From Octopus bimaculoides (lineage: Eukaryota), in assembly GCF_001194135.2 (NCBI RefSeq), contig NC_068981.1, forward strand, positions 116,002,136-116,066,135: a stretch of 64,000 bases of DNA. Direction: 5' to 3'. This document shows positions 24,148-35,853 of this stretch, in pieces. Position 1 is the first letter of the stretch. Each line of letters begins with the position of its first letter. The notes beneath the pieces are model-generated. The model was not told the DNA's origin, did not search any database, and saw nothing but the letters and a program-made list of their open reading frames with translations. Position numbers and translations under genes: made by a program.

Positions 24148-24235
24148 TGCATACACACTCGTATATGCATACATACATAAATACATACATACATACATAC
24201 GTACGTACAAACGTGCATACATATATACATACATC

Positions 24236-24400
24236 ACTGGAACTGTAAAAATTTGTAAAACTTTCTAGAAGTTAAGCATTTAAATATATGAGCAATATCT
24301 AGATGTGCAACTATATGCATAAGAATACATACACAAAGCAAAACATGCAAATCTGCACATATACATACTTACATACATGCATACATACAATATTATGTCT
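24236..24400 (+). mobile_element. Short 3' fragment of R4/Dong-like LINE (inverted relative to the 24775-25965 copy)
   Basis: actgtaaaaatttgtaaaactttc (TVKICKTF) plus UTR tgcaactatatgcataagaatacata..aaatctgcacat, mirrored at 24890-25010. Confidence 0.75.
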
Positions 24401-24434
24401 GTTTTATGTATCAGGTCATCCTATAAGTTCTGTC

Positions 24435-24556
24435 CGACCCAAAGGATGAAAGGTAACGTCGACCACGGTGAAATTTGAACTCAGACCATGAAGACGGATT
24501 AAATACTGTTAAGCATTTTGCAGGGCGCGCTAACGATTCTGCCAATTCACCGACTT
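24435..24556 (-). mobile_element. SINE family A, 5' part
   Basis: gacccaaaggatgaaagg..gtcgacc..tttgaactcag..aagcattttg..ctaacgattctgcc. Confidence 0.8.
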
Positions 24557-24774
24557 AATTGTTATCACAAAAGTAAGATTTACAAACAATTATAAGAATA
24601 GATATTAAAATTTCATTCATCTGATAAAAAAACTTTATTAAAGTAATTAAGTCCGCTATTCTTGTGTGAAAGTATACTTATATGTAAGTTTATACATGTA
24701 TGTATGTATGTATGTATGTATGTATGTATGTATGTATGTATGTTTGTATGTACGTATGTTTGTATATATGCCAT

Positions 24775-25965
24775 TATTCAGTTTTATTTGAAGATTTCTT
24801 GCCAATAGAGAGAGAGGGTGGTTCTAACCTAGATCCGAGGGTATTTATGCATGCATTATATATATATATATATGTAACATGTGGATTCACTGCATGTGCA
24901 GATTTATATGTCTTGTTTTGCATATGTATTCTTATGCAAATAGTTGCATGTCTAGATATGTGCATTCATACTTAAATGATAACTTCTGGAAAGTTTTACA
25001 GATTTTTACAGTTCTAGTGATGGCTAGGATCTGTAGTCTTCGATTCAGCTTTCTCCTTTCTGATTTTGAGAAGCCTAATTTCTCAAGATTTGTATTTAGT
25101 CAGTGTGTTATATATCCTAGTACTCCAATAACTACAGGTATAAACCAGAACTTGTAACCGGGTGTGAGTAACTGTAGATTTCTCAATAATTCAGAGGTGT
25201 TTCTTTTTTTTTTCGCTGATTTTTAGTTTTACGTTAACATCCGCTGGGCAGCTGATTTCCACAACTGTACACATTGTCTATTCTCTATTCCAAATCACTA
25301 TGTCAGGTCTATTATGTTTACATTTCATTGAGATCTTCACTGGGATGTTTCGCCGTGACATCTTTTTATTATGAGTGGCAATGGCTTATACCATACTTTG
25401 GCTTCTTATTTCTTTGGCCTCAGGGTTATCTTTCGGAGGATCTCATTATACAGTGACTTACCTACAGCATCATGTCGGCATATAAATTGATAAAAGTTTC
25501 GAACAACTACTTATGATGTGGGTGATATCTTTGGTGCTAACTCCACAAAATCTGCATCGGTTATCATATTTTGGTGTTCTGCCTGCGTCTTTGTCCCTTT
25601 TGTGCATCAGGTACTTGGTTGGTATTTCTCATGGAACTGCTTTCCTAGTCTCATTATATTATCTGACTCATATATGCAAACTTAGTCAAAGGATGTACTT
25701 CGACACTTGGTGGTTAAAAGATTTTGCCGAAGGGATACGATACGACATTCAAAGTCAGTTTGGATGGATGTTAAACCTTTGACCCCTTGTTTTCGTTTGA
25801 GGTGGTAGCGGCCTTACATCACTGTTGATGTGAAAATTATTTATGCTGGTTAGTATCACGGTTTTCACATGAATGGCTCGGATCTCATCAAATGTCCAAT
25901 CAAGTGTTCCAAATGTTGGTATAAGTACTGATACTGCAAACACATTGTGAGCCACTGTTTTATTG
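24775..25965 (-). mobile_element. 5'-truncated R4/Dong-like (restriction-like endonuclease) LINE, decayed
   Basis: RT C-terminus FNKTVAHNVFAVSVLIPTFGTLDWT..NFHINSDV, REL region KCKHNRPDIVIWNRE, LLRNLQLL..YKFWFIPVVIGVLG, TVKICKTF, then 3' UTR. Confidence 0.85.
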
Positions 25966-26447
25966 AATGTTTTCATGCACTACCTGCCTGATAAGAAACT
26001 CAGACACTCTCATGTCCCTCGCGATCGATCTGATTGACTTGGAGGGATTGTTGTCAAACATGGCCTGTATTTTATCAAGAAATTCAGGAGCTCTTTTCTT
26101 ATCAGGACGATCAAAGTGAATTTTCCGAGCTGCCGTATCTTCGTAATCACCATTAACTCTTTCCGAATCTTGGTAATCACATCCAACTCATTCCGAATCC
26201 TCTGCTCTGTCCTCAGATTGACACCCAAGCACTCTGAAATATTTGTATTGGAGCTTTCGGCGCGAATGCCAAGCAGTGCAGCATCTGGTTTCTAAATTTC
26301 TGGCAGAGTGAATTGTGACATGGTCCTGCTTTTCTCACAGACGGTGTTTACCTGACCCTACAATACCGTGTAGTCGACAAAATCAAAAACAATGCGCATG
26401 CACGAAATTAAAAATATTAAATGTTGACAATCCACCCATCGCACCTG
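25965..26447 (-). mobile_element. 5' half of a Tc1/mariner (maT/DD37D-like) transposon
   Basis: TA plus TIR-like CAGGTGCGATGGGTGGATTGTC at 26447; frameshifted N-terminal HTH region MSQFTLPEI*K..LLGIRAESSNTNISECLGVNLRT..RIR / NGDYEDTAARK..DKKRAPEF..IQAMFDNNPSKSIRSIARDMRVSEFLIRQVVHE. Confidence 0.8.
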
Positions 26448-27161
26448 TATGTATATATATATATATATATNNNNNNNNNNNNNNNNNNNNNNNNNNNNNN
26501 NNNNNNNNNNNNNNNNNNNNNNNNNNNNNNNNNNNNNNNNNNNNNNNNNNNNNNNNNNNNNNNNNNNNNNNNNNNNNNNNNNNNNNNNNNNNNNNNNNNN
26601 NNNNNNNNNNNNNNNNNNNNNNNNNNNNNNNNNNNNNNNNNNNNNNNNNNNNNNNNNNNNNNNNNNNNNNNNNNNNNNNNNNNNNNNNNNNNNNNNNNNN
26701 NNNNNNNNNNNNNNNNNNNNNNNNNNNNNNNNNNNNNNNNNNNNNNNNNNNNNNNNNNNNNNNNNNNNNNNNNNNNNNNNNNNNNNNNNNNNNNNNNNNN
26801 NNNNNNNNNNNNNNNNNNNNNNNNNNNNNNNNNNNNNNNNNNNNNNNNNNNNNNNNNNNNNNNNNNNNNNNNNNNNNNNNNNNNNNNNNNNNNNNNNNNN
26901 NNNNNNNNNNNNNNNNNNNNNNNNNNNNNNNNNNNNNNNNNNNNNNNNNNNNNNNNNNNNNNNNNNNNNNNNNNNNNNNNNNNNNNNNNNNNNNNNNNNN
27001 NNNNNNNNNNNNNNNNNNNNTATATATATATATATATATATATATATGCAAAAAAAAACATAACATGCATAATACCACATAATATGCATATACATAATAC
27101 CACTATATATATAAATTTATACATACATACATACATACATACATACATACATACATACATT

Positions 27162-27575
27162 CCGGGTGATTGAAAAGTGATTCCCTATTTTAAAATATTT
27201 ATCAATTATGTATTAATTGCAATTTTTTTCTCAATCTTTTTTGTTTTCTTCTTTTTTTTGAAGTATAAGAATTTATTCTTCACTTGTATTGTTCATATCA
27301 TTCACAAATGACTGAACGCCCACTTTACGAGGAGATGGACAGGTCATTGCTGTCCGCATGAGTGGCCAGCTAGAAGTCCCACCCTGTGGCTTCTTTCTTT
27401 GTGGTTGGTTAAAGGAACAAGTCTACTGTACAAACCGAAGATTTGGAAGAACTTGAAGGGCAAATATGAGAAGTTGTGTTTTCCATCCCACAAGAGTTTC
27501 TGGTGAAATCAGTTGATGCAATTCCTGGGCGACTCAAGAAGCTGGTGGTGACATCTGGAGCCCATATCGCGTGTG
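27162..27575 (+). mobile_element. Internally deleted Tc1/mariner-superfamily element (TIR plus transposase C-terminus)
   Basis: End CCGGGTGATTGAAAAGTG; LNAHF.RRWTG..EWPARSP(DL deleted)PCGFFLCGWLKEQVY..DLEELEGQI..IPQEFLVKSVDAIPGRLKKLV..GAHI. Confidence 0.8.
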
Positions 27576-27607
27576 CGTATCATTATTCATTATTTATAAT
27601 GCGGTGA

Positions 27608-27814
27608 AAGGCGGCGAGCTGGCAGAGTCGTTAACGCACCGGAAAAAATGCTTAGCAGCATTTCGTCCGCCTTCACGTTCTGAGTTCTAAGTCTACGAAG
27701 TCGACTGTGTATTTCCTCATTCCGGAGTACCATTGAAATACTGGGGTCGATGTAATCGACTAGTCCCCTCCCTGGCAAATTTCAGGCCTTGTGTCTTTAG
27801 TGGAAAGGATTATT
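27608..27814 (+). mobile_element. SINE family A (first of a head-to-tail pair)
   Basis: ggcggcgagctggcagagtcgttaacgcaccgg...ctggggtcgatgtaatcgact...ttcaggccttgtg. Confidence 0.9.
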
Positions 27815-27821
27815 TATAAGA

Positions 27822-28032
27822 TGATGAGCTCGTAGAATCATTGCTGCGCCGGGAAAAATGCCCAGCAGCATATCGTCCGTCTTTAGGTTTTAAGTTCAAA
27901 TTCGCCGTTGGTCGACTGCCTTTCATCCTTTCGAGGTCGATGAAAAAAGTCCTAGTTGAGCACTGGGGTCAATGTAATCGACATACCCCTATCCCAAAAT
28001 TTCAGTTCTTGTCCCTATATTAGAAAGTATTA
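27822..28032 (+). mobile_element. SINE family A (second of a head-to-tail pair)
   Basis: gagctcgtagaatcattg..gttcaaattcgcc..gtcgactgcctttcatcctttcgaggtcgat..cactggggtcaatgtaatcgac. Confidence 0.88.
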
Positions 28033-28419
28033 TTTACGGATCCTTTTTTTTTTTTCTATTTACTCAGAACTCGATATTAAGCTGATATACTAAAGAAAAG
28101 TTAGTGCAAAACGGGTGGGTCTTCTAGAAGATAGCGAGAATCTGCTGGTAAGTAGTATGAAATATAATTAAGGAGCTCGACGGTAAAACGGCTGTGAGTG
28201 CATCGATGTATTTTTTCTAAACACCAGGTTTTTTCTTAACCACCGAATTTGTTTAGCTGCATCTAATTTGTGTCCTATGCCAACGCTAAATCAACATAAT
28301 GAAACATAAACAGACATTAATTTAAAAGAAAATAAGGACTATACACACACACATTTCTATATACATGTGTTCACGAGGGTGCGTATGCGATTACGTATAT
28401 ATCTATCTATATATGTATG

Positions 28420-28453
<34 letters not shown>

Positions 28454-28559
28454 TGTATGTATTCGTGCGTGTTTTGCTTGTGTAACCTAACCGTAAATGA
28501 AATCTTATGATTAAAAAAAGAAGAAAAAGAAAAAGAATATCACGATGATGATATAGTAG

Positions 28560-28568
28560 GAATGGAAT

Positions 28569-28658
<90 letters not shown>

Positions 28659-28660
28659 TT
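28560..28660. repeat. (CTA)n-(ATA)n microsatellite
   Basis: Directly visible. Confidence 0.95.
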
Positions 28661-28744
28661 TCATTTATTTGCTACAAGGGCGAAGGATGGGGAGACAGTA
28701 CATAGACAGACATAAAATATAATAACAGTAATAATTATAATCCT

Positions 28745-28883
28745 TTTTACTATAGGCTCAATTTGGGGCTAATGGCTAGTCGATTGCTCGACCCTGGTGC
28801 TCAACTGTAATTATTTTATGAAGCCCGAAAGGATCTATGGCAAAGCTGAAATCTGTGGAGTTCGAACTCAGGACGTGAAGACC
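28745..28883 (-). mobile_element. SINE family A, diverged
   Basis: agtcgattgctcgaccctggtgctcaactg..ttatttt..cccgaaagga..ggcaaag..ttcgaactcaggacgtgaagac. Confidence 0.75.
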
Positions 28884-29029
28884 CTCTATAGAGTTAGTAG
28901 TAAGGCATTTTACCTGAAGCCACAATAACATATAGAAGAAAATATGAAGGGAGAGATGATAAGAAAGAGATAGATATATAAATATTGATAGATAGACGGG
29001 AAAATAGACAGACGACAGAGAGGTAGACA

Positions 29030-29074
29030 GTCAGACAGACAGACAGACAGAAAGATAAATAAATAGATAGATAG

Positions 29075-29110
<36 letters not shown>

Positions 29111-29345
29111 GGTGGAGGAGGAGGGGGAGGTTGTGGTGGAGTGGTGGAGGTAGAAGAGGTGGAGGAGGTGGAGGAGATGGGGAGAAGGAGATGGAGGAGG
29201 TGGAGAGGAGAACGATGATAACGATGATGACCAGGATAAAACTGATGCAGATGGTGAAGGTGTCGGCAGCATAGTTTTATTGGTGTTGCTGTAGCTGTTA
29301 GTGGTGGTGGTGGTGTAAGTGGTGGCGGCGGCTTGTATAAAGATG
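29030..29345. repeat. Compound (CAGA)/(GATA)/(GAT)/(GGA)/(GGT) low-complexity tract
   Basis: Directly visible; gives the poly-H/poly-M/poly-S pseudo-ORFs. Confidence 0.9.
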
Positions 29346-31159
29346 ATAACATTAATGACAAAGTAAATGAAGAGGACGAGGAAGAAAGTATTAATATCCC
29401 AAAGGAAACTGAATTGGTTGCAATTAAGAGAGTATATTTATTTTCGTAGAGGTTATTAGAAAGAAAAGGGAAAAAGGTTGCGCTGAGTGTATAGTTAAGA
29501 TGTCAATGTCGTGGCCTTTTTATTGACTGCGGTTTCATATCCTACCGCAAGAATGTTGTTCCTATGGTTTCGTAGAATATTTTAGCTTCAGGAGACCCGC
29601 AGTAATGAATAATACATGTTGGTAGGAAATAATTTTTATTAATTCAACATTACACATGAGAATCATAAATGGCCAAGTTGATTGGATGCAGAACCTACAA
29701 GTGTAATACCAACAGTTCGTATTTCCTCAAAATTGTTGTATCTACATATCATGCAGCTTTCATTCTGTGCATCAAGCCCCCTCGATGATTATCAGTGTTT
29801 CAAGAATGGAAATTTTACATCTTTAAAGAAGTTGATTTACGCAATGATAAAGCTCGGTCTACGCAGAAACAGCGTAAAATAAAAACTACCATCTATGTAT
29901 CAGACAATAAGTAATAACACTGTTAGAAGGTGTGAAGCTATGGAATTGTCTGAGATAAAGTCCCTGCCTTCTAACACTGCACATTTAGGTGACGTTATTC
30001 ATTCCATGTTGTTTGAGTTGCTAATACTGACTTATTCTAGAGTACAGCAAGTTTCCGCAACATCACTGAATGTGTATTTCGTTGTTCATTTTATATCAAG
30101 GTGCCACGAATGTCGTTTACGCAGATTACAATCTTCAAGAAAGGTGGAATGCATTTGTTGTTTTCTCGAGTCTTTGTAGCGAGGCTGTTCGCCTCACTTT
30201 GATATATATTGTGTTTTTTAGCCCAATATATGAAGGGATTTTATCTCAAATAATCCCACACCTTCATGACTTCTAACGGTTTGTATATATTTACTATGAT
30301 ACACAAATGGCGATTATAATTATAATTTTTCGTTTCTTGTTTTTTTTTTATATCAAGCAACACCTAACAAACCTTTGAATTCTGGAATCATGTTTTGGCT
30401 GATTTACAATTCTTTTCTTGCCCTCAGTGATCTTGCTTTCTATTAGTCTTTGATTTTTGTTCAACAGAAGCGTAAGATTATTGTTGTAGTTGATGTAGCA
30501 GTGGTGGTGCTGGTGGTACTGGTGGTGGTGGTGGCGACGGCGGTAGTTTCTTCTGATATCGCCGAACTTGTAAATTTCTGATCAAAGTCGTGCAGTTCCT
30601 GACTAACACGTCTCTTGGAATTTCGAGAAGTACATTTTCCAATCGTCCTTCCAATTTTAATTCCAAGTGTATGATGAAGTAAGTTAATCTCCAAATCGGG
30701 TGTTGTCATATTTAATTGTTCTCTTAAGCAAACTGTCTGCCAAGTCTAGATGACAAAATTCCATAGAATATTTGGCTTATCAGGTCATTTTGAACCACCT
30801 CTAGTACATGATCGTACCACTTGTGTGAAGTTACTCTGCTTATAATCTTTCTAAGCTAATATTTTGCAGCCAACTGCAATATGCTCAATAATTCCTGCTT
30901 ACCGATTACAGAGAGGACACTTGTTTGTTGAAATGGTGCAACATATACTCCTACTTACTCAGCTAGTGTTTGGAGCTTGATGTTAAACAGCAACTAACAA
31001 ACTCAGTTTATCTCTTTAAATCGCCGCTACGCTGATTCTCCTAAGATGAGTCATGATTTTTCAATTTCCTGCTGTCTCTGTGGAATTGTCTGTGTAATGA
31101 CACTTCTGCTAGCACTTCTTTGCTTTCAAAATTATTATCATTATTATTCTTTTTAATGT

Positions 31160-31360
31160 GGTGAGCTTGCAGAATTAGCACGTCAGACAAAATTGTATTC
31201 CTTCTAACTCTGTACGCGCTAAACACAAATCCTGCCTAGATTAACTTTGCCTTCCATCCTACGGGATCGATAAAATAATGTACCAGTCAAGTACTAGAGT
31301 AGATGTAATCGTCCCCTCACCCTAAAATCGTTGGCTTTATGCTAAAATTGGAAAGAAGAA
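31160..31360 (+). mobile_element. SINE family A, diverged
   Basis: ggtgagcttgcagaattagcacg..ctttgccttccatcctacgggatcgataaaataatgtaccag..gatgtaatcg. Confidence 0.8.
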
Positions 31361-31389
31361 TTAATATTCATATTCTGAAATATGGACTT

Positions 31390-32250
31390 ACCTAGGAATA
31401 TACGTAAGGAAGTACACTTTCATGGGAACATGGATAAACCCCCATACCCTTCGGAGACCTCTGGAGACCTCTGGAGACCAATTCTTGCATAGAAGAGTCG
31501 ATAACATTGGCTGCATGGCAATTTTGGTGGACTTTGTCGAGCTTCTCTCTCCTGTCGATTGATTTCTTCTTTTTCTCTTTTGGTGGCTTCGAAATCTCTG
31601 GGTTCCGAAGGTGTGGAGCACCGCTATTTGGTACTGTCTCAGGCTTGTGCTTCAAACAATTTCGGCTCAATTACAATGGCTTTCAGTGTTGCTTTTAGTC
31701 GGTCCTTCCATCTTCGAAGAAGGCAACTCTATGGTTTTTTTCCTGAAGAGAGCTTACTGAATACTTGGCGTTGGAACCTTGACTCGTCCATTCTTGCTAC
31801 ATGTCCTGACCATCGAAGACGGTGCTTCATGATCGGCCATTCGAATCTTTGACTGTTGGCTTTTTCCAGGATTTTGCTGTTGGTCACACAGTGTACTCAT
31901 TTGATGCTCAAGATTGAACGAAGCTTTTTTTGGTGAAAGCGTTCTAATTTTTGGATGTCACGACGATATAGAGTCCACATTCCTCAGCCATAAAGCAAAG
32001 TTGAATGACAACAGCATTATAACCCATAATTTTCGTTGTTAAGATCTTTGTTGTTGAAGATGCGTTTGGTTAACTTTCCACATCCTTTCCTGAGGTGCAG
32101 TTGTTTGATAAAAGACTGCGTAGATATGGAATATGTTTTACTTTTCGAGAGGTTTGTCGGAGATGGTAACATGAAAATTTGATGAAATCATATTTGGGGC
32201 TGGTTCTACAAGGCCTGCTGAATCTTCCGAATGGTTTGAGCTTGAGTATT
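31390..32250 (-). mobile_element. 5'-truncated RTE-clade LINE (3' end)
   Basis: KLRSILSIK*..VTNSKILEKAN..IMKHRLRWSGHVARMDESR..QVFSKLSSGK; terminal zinc-finger remnant CSQCYRLFYARIGL. Confidence 0.88.
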
Positions 32251-32428
32251 ACTAAAGTTATGGTGTCTGATTATATTCATGGTATCTGATTATATTCATG
32301 GGGTCTGTTTATATTGCAAGTTTTCTCTTTAACTCAGTTTTTGTGAACCCATGGATAGATCGAAAATTTCTAACTATCGGTTATATTATGGCTAGAGGTA
32401 TTATTTATTGTTCTATCATAATAATTAT

Positions 32429-34349
32429 TTAATTTTTATTATTTATAGAGGAAATGATATTACCTACATTCCTCGAGGTTGAGTATCCTACTCTTATGGT
32501 CTTATTGAAAAATATATTTGAATAAATATTGTCTTTTTTAGAAGACATTTTTACAATTTTCAGCGTCTCCTTAATAATATTAGTCATCAATTGAGCCCCA
32601 TACGGAATAATTAACAATATAATATCCTTTTTATTCTTTATATTTTTTATATTATCAGTATTAGACATCATCAGTATTAAAGTGTTATTCTAAGGTGTAT
32701 TATATCTCTGCTTGTGTAATTTACTATGCTTTTACTATAGATCATATTCTCATTATCAATATTACTATTATTATTGTAATCATTAATAATAACTACATTG
32801 TTTTTATATTTATTTAGTTTCTTATATTGTCTTATTTTATTCATATTTTTGCTGTTAGAATTATTACTAGGATTACCTCTTATATTATTAAGGTGCTCAT
32901 AATAATTTAAAAAAATTATATCTAATTATATCCCGCTTCTTTTAATGCCTTATTATAATATGGGGCATGCTTATTAAAAGTAACATAATCTGAGGATAGC
33001 ATAAATATTCTTTTGCCTATATTATCTATGAAAGCTTATTTAACTGAGCTAGGATGGTTACTTAAAGCACTAATATACATTAAATTTTCATTCAACTTAT
33101 GAAATGGATGGATCTTATTAGTGACAAGATTAATGTTGACGCCTAGGTGCATAGTGTCCATTCTCTATAGATATCCCTAGGCCATAATTCTTAAAGAACT
33201 TGTACATTTTCTTCCTAAGGCATTCTAATGACCTATTAGTACAGTTCCTGGTTATAAGTAGTAGGTCGTCCCTATAAAGACCACCCTCTATATTCGTAAA
33301 TTCCATCTCTAGTTCAGATAAAAGATATAATCCTACAAGATCGGTAACTTGGGCAGGATCAGGGGCGCCCATATGTATATCAAAACAATCTCTTGTGTCT
33401 TTTCTTGCCCATAGTTTATATTTCATAATAGACCTCCTCGCGGCCAACACCACTTCGACTTCTTCAAATGGCATATTTACCTTTCTCATGATACGGTCTT
33501 ATTTAAAACCACTTCATTGATAGATGAATAAATAATTCTCTATATCAATTAGAAGGAATTTACATCTATTTTTATCCTGAATATTACTAAACCCTTTAAT
33601 AGTGTTACGGGTACAATTCCAGAGTTTAAGATTACCTAACCTATTTAATTTGCCTATATATTTATGTAATATTAATTTACTAACTCTGTCTATGTCTGAC
33701 TTGCTAGGGCATATTAGCCTTACTTGGGGGCTGGAGTAAAAATTATCCTTATGGTCTTTAATCGTTATTCCTGGATGCATCGGGACATATGGTTCAGTTC
33801 TATTTTCAGTACCATATTTAAACATAATTTTTTTTTGAGATTATGTTAATATTATCTAAATAATTTTTATTAACTACTATATATCTTTCATTATTTCCTT
33901 TTCTAGTAGATTATCATAAAGTGGTGTATCCAGTCTGTATAAGTTCCTGGTCTTATCAGATTGTACTATAATTCCATCCTGGTTCTTTAATTTTTCTATT
34001 TTACTAGCCAAATTGCTGAGGTACTTGTTGTGTCTATTAGGGTATTTTTTGAATTTGATATTTTTCACCATATTCAATATTTTCTCTTCAAAGTCCTGTA
34101 TAGTTCTATCATTGGGAGGTTCCTGCTTAGATTTGAAGTTTATTTTTATGTAATTTACATCTTCTATGTTAGTATTATAGGATTGCTATTATTATAGTAG
34201 TGAGTCTTCCATTTCATTCTATATAGAAAGTTTTTTAACTGGTTAATCATGTCTTGTATATATTCTTTCCTGCTGGGATTAGGTACATCCTTCAAAGATG
34301 AGTTCCACTCTATCGCCTCAATCATACCTGATAGATCCATATCTGACAT
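32429..34349 (-). pseudogene. PLE reverse transcriptase pseudogene (Hydra-type motifs)
   Basis: SLKDVPNPS..KNFLYRMKWKT; VQSDKTRNLY; ITIKDHKDNF..VRLICPSKSDI; FLLIDIENY; FDIHMGAPDPAQVTDLVGLYLL; GGLYRDDLL; thumb SNHPSS..APYYNKALKEAGY; RVGYSTSRNVGNIISSINNK. Confidence 0.9.
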
Positions 34350-34769
34350 ATATAGGAAGTACTACTGGCAGAACCAATTGTATGATATATTAATTTAAAT
34401 AATTTGGGAAAAACGCATTTCCAAATCAATCAGGTACAACACTTTAGTATAACGTGCATCTGTATATCGTACAGTGGGGTGTTGATTTTCATATATTTAT
34501 ATATTTATCTAGAAATATACAATATATATAATGGAAATTAATAATAATTCAGTTTGGGGGATTAATAGATATGCGGGTATTCTAGTTCAGATATTACAAA
34601 AATATAATCTAATGAGTACATCTGAAGGTAAACTCGTGGTATCAATTTGCACATCACGAAATAATACTTTAAAGGATATAACCAGTATACCAGCAAGTTA
34701 TATAATATACTTCCTTAATTATCTCAAACTTAAGTTAAAATTAAAATCATCAATTATCAGTTATATCGG

Positions 34770-34887
34770 AACTGCACGTGTTTCAGTATTGGAAGATTAT
34801 GATGTATGTACATTTACATACACATACATATCTAAATATATACATGCAAGCATCGTATTTACAATTGTACCAACACATCTTCAGGTT
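34770..34887 (-). ncRNA. Decayed type I hammerhead motif in the PLE pseudo-LTR
   Basis: Minus strand AAC-CUGAAGA-U-GUGUUGG...(77 nt)...CCAAUAC-U-GAAA-CACGUG-C-A-GUU: 7-bp stem II, palindromic stem III, 3-bp stem I; U16.1 appears mutated to C. Confidence 0.55.
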
Positions 34888-35476
34888 ATTTTACAAGATA
34901 TTGTTAATCTAATTTTACATCACCTTAAAATCAAGTGTTAAATTAAACATTAAATTAAACATTAAAAATTAAAAATTATACTTTATGAAGTTAAGAATTA
35001 AAAATTGTAAATTATTGATTATACATTATAAAGATGAATTTGTATATATATATACATCAAACTTATAAAGTCAAGTATATAATGTCAAATACAAAATATA
35101 AGATATGAAATATACATCAGAATAAAAATGTTTGTGAAGAAATGTAAAAAATAACATAAAATGTGCAAATACATAACCTTGTATGGTGGGACCAAGATAT
35201 CTTGCAAAATGGTGATTAGAGGAAGTGAAGATAGCAGAGCGCTATCGGAATTTATAGGTAATTAGTACCAAGCGGGGTAATTACACTATGCATAGTTTAA
35301 TTTAAATTATCTACTATTATTATCTTCAATCTGACAATGTTTAGGGATATATATATAATTTATCATAATATAATTTTTAGTAATATTTAATTAATTAATT
35401 TATTTAATTATTTATATGATCTATTCAAGTACTGTAGAAATCAATAGTGTGTGGTTATTAGATTGAAGTGGTGGGT

Positions 35477-35853
35477 TCAGTATTTCATTTTATTGAAAGT
35501 AAAATTGCTTTTGTGTCTACATTTGGCCCTCGTTTATCGTATGTGTTTAGTAATTAATCTCCAGACTGTAGCAGTTTCATAAATTCTGTTATACATGATA
35601 AACACATTTTATTCCCAATATAATAAGAGTGGGCTCTACGTATTATACTCCAACGAAGGGTGTAATCACTTTTTCTAGATTTTAATTCCCATATATATTT
35701 ACTTAAACCCGTGGACTTACTTAAATTTGAAAGTCTGGTAGTGTTGGGAGATGCTTTTTTAAAATTCCATTAGCTGTAGATCCTGTATAAACCTAATTTA
35801 CAATTTTATTATTATTATAGTAAGCTCTAAAGCCTACTATACATTTATAAATT

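Noticed and set aside
30114-30156. 43-nt plus-strand exon GATNVVYADYNLQER
   Set aside because: Weak donor (GTGGAA); phase compatibility with the 13579 candidate is not evidence by itself
30461-30709. Proline- or threonine-rich minus-strand ORFs
   Set aside because: Derived from a (GGT)n tract; no domain similarity
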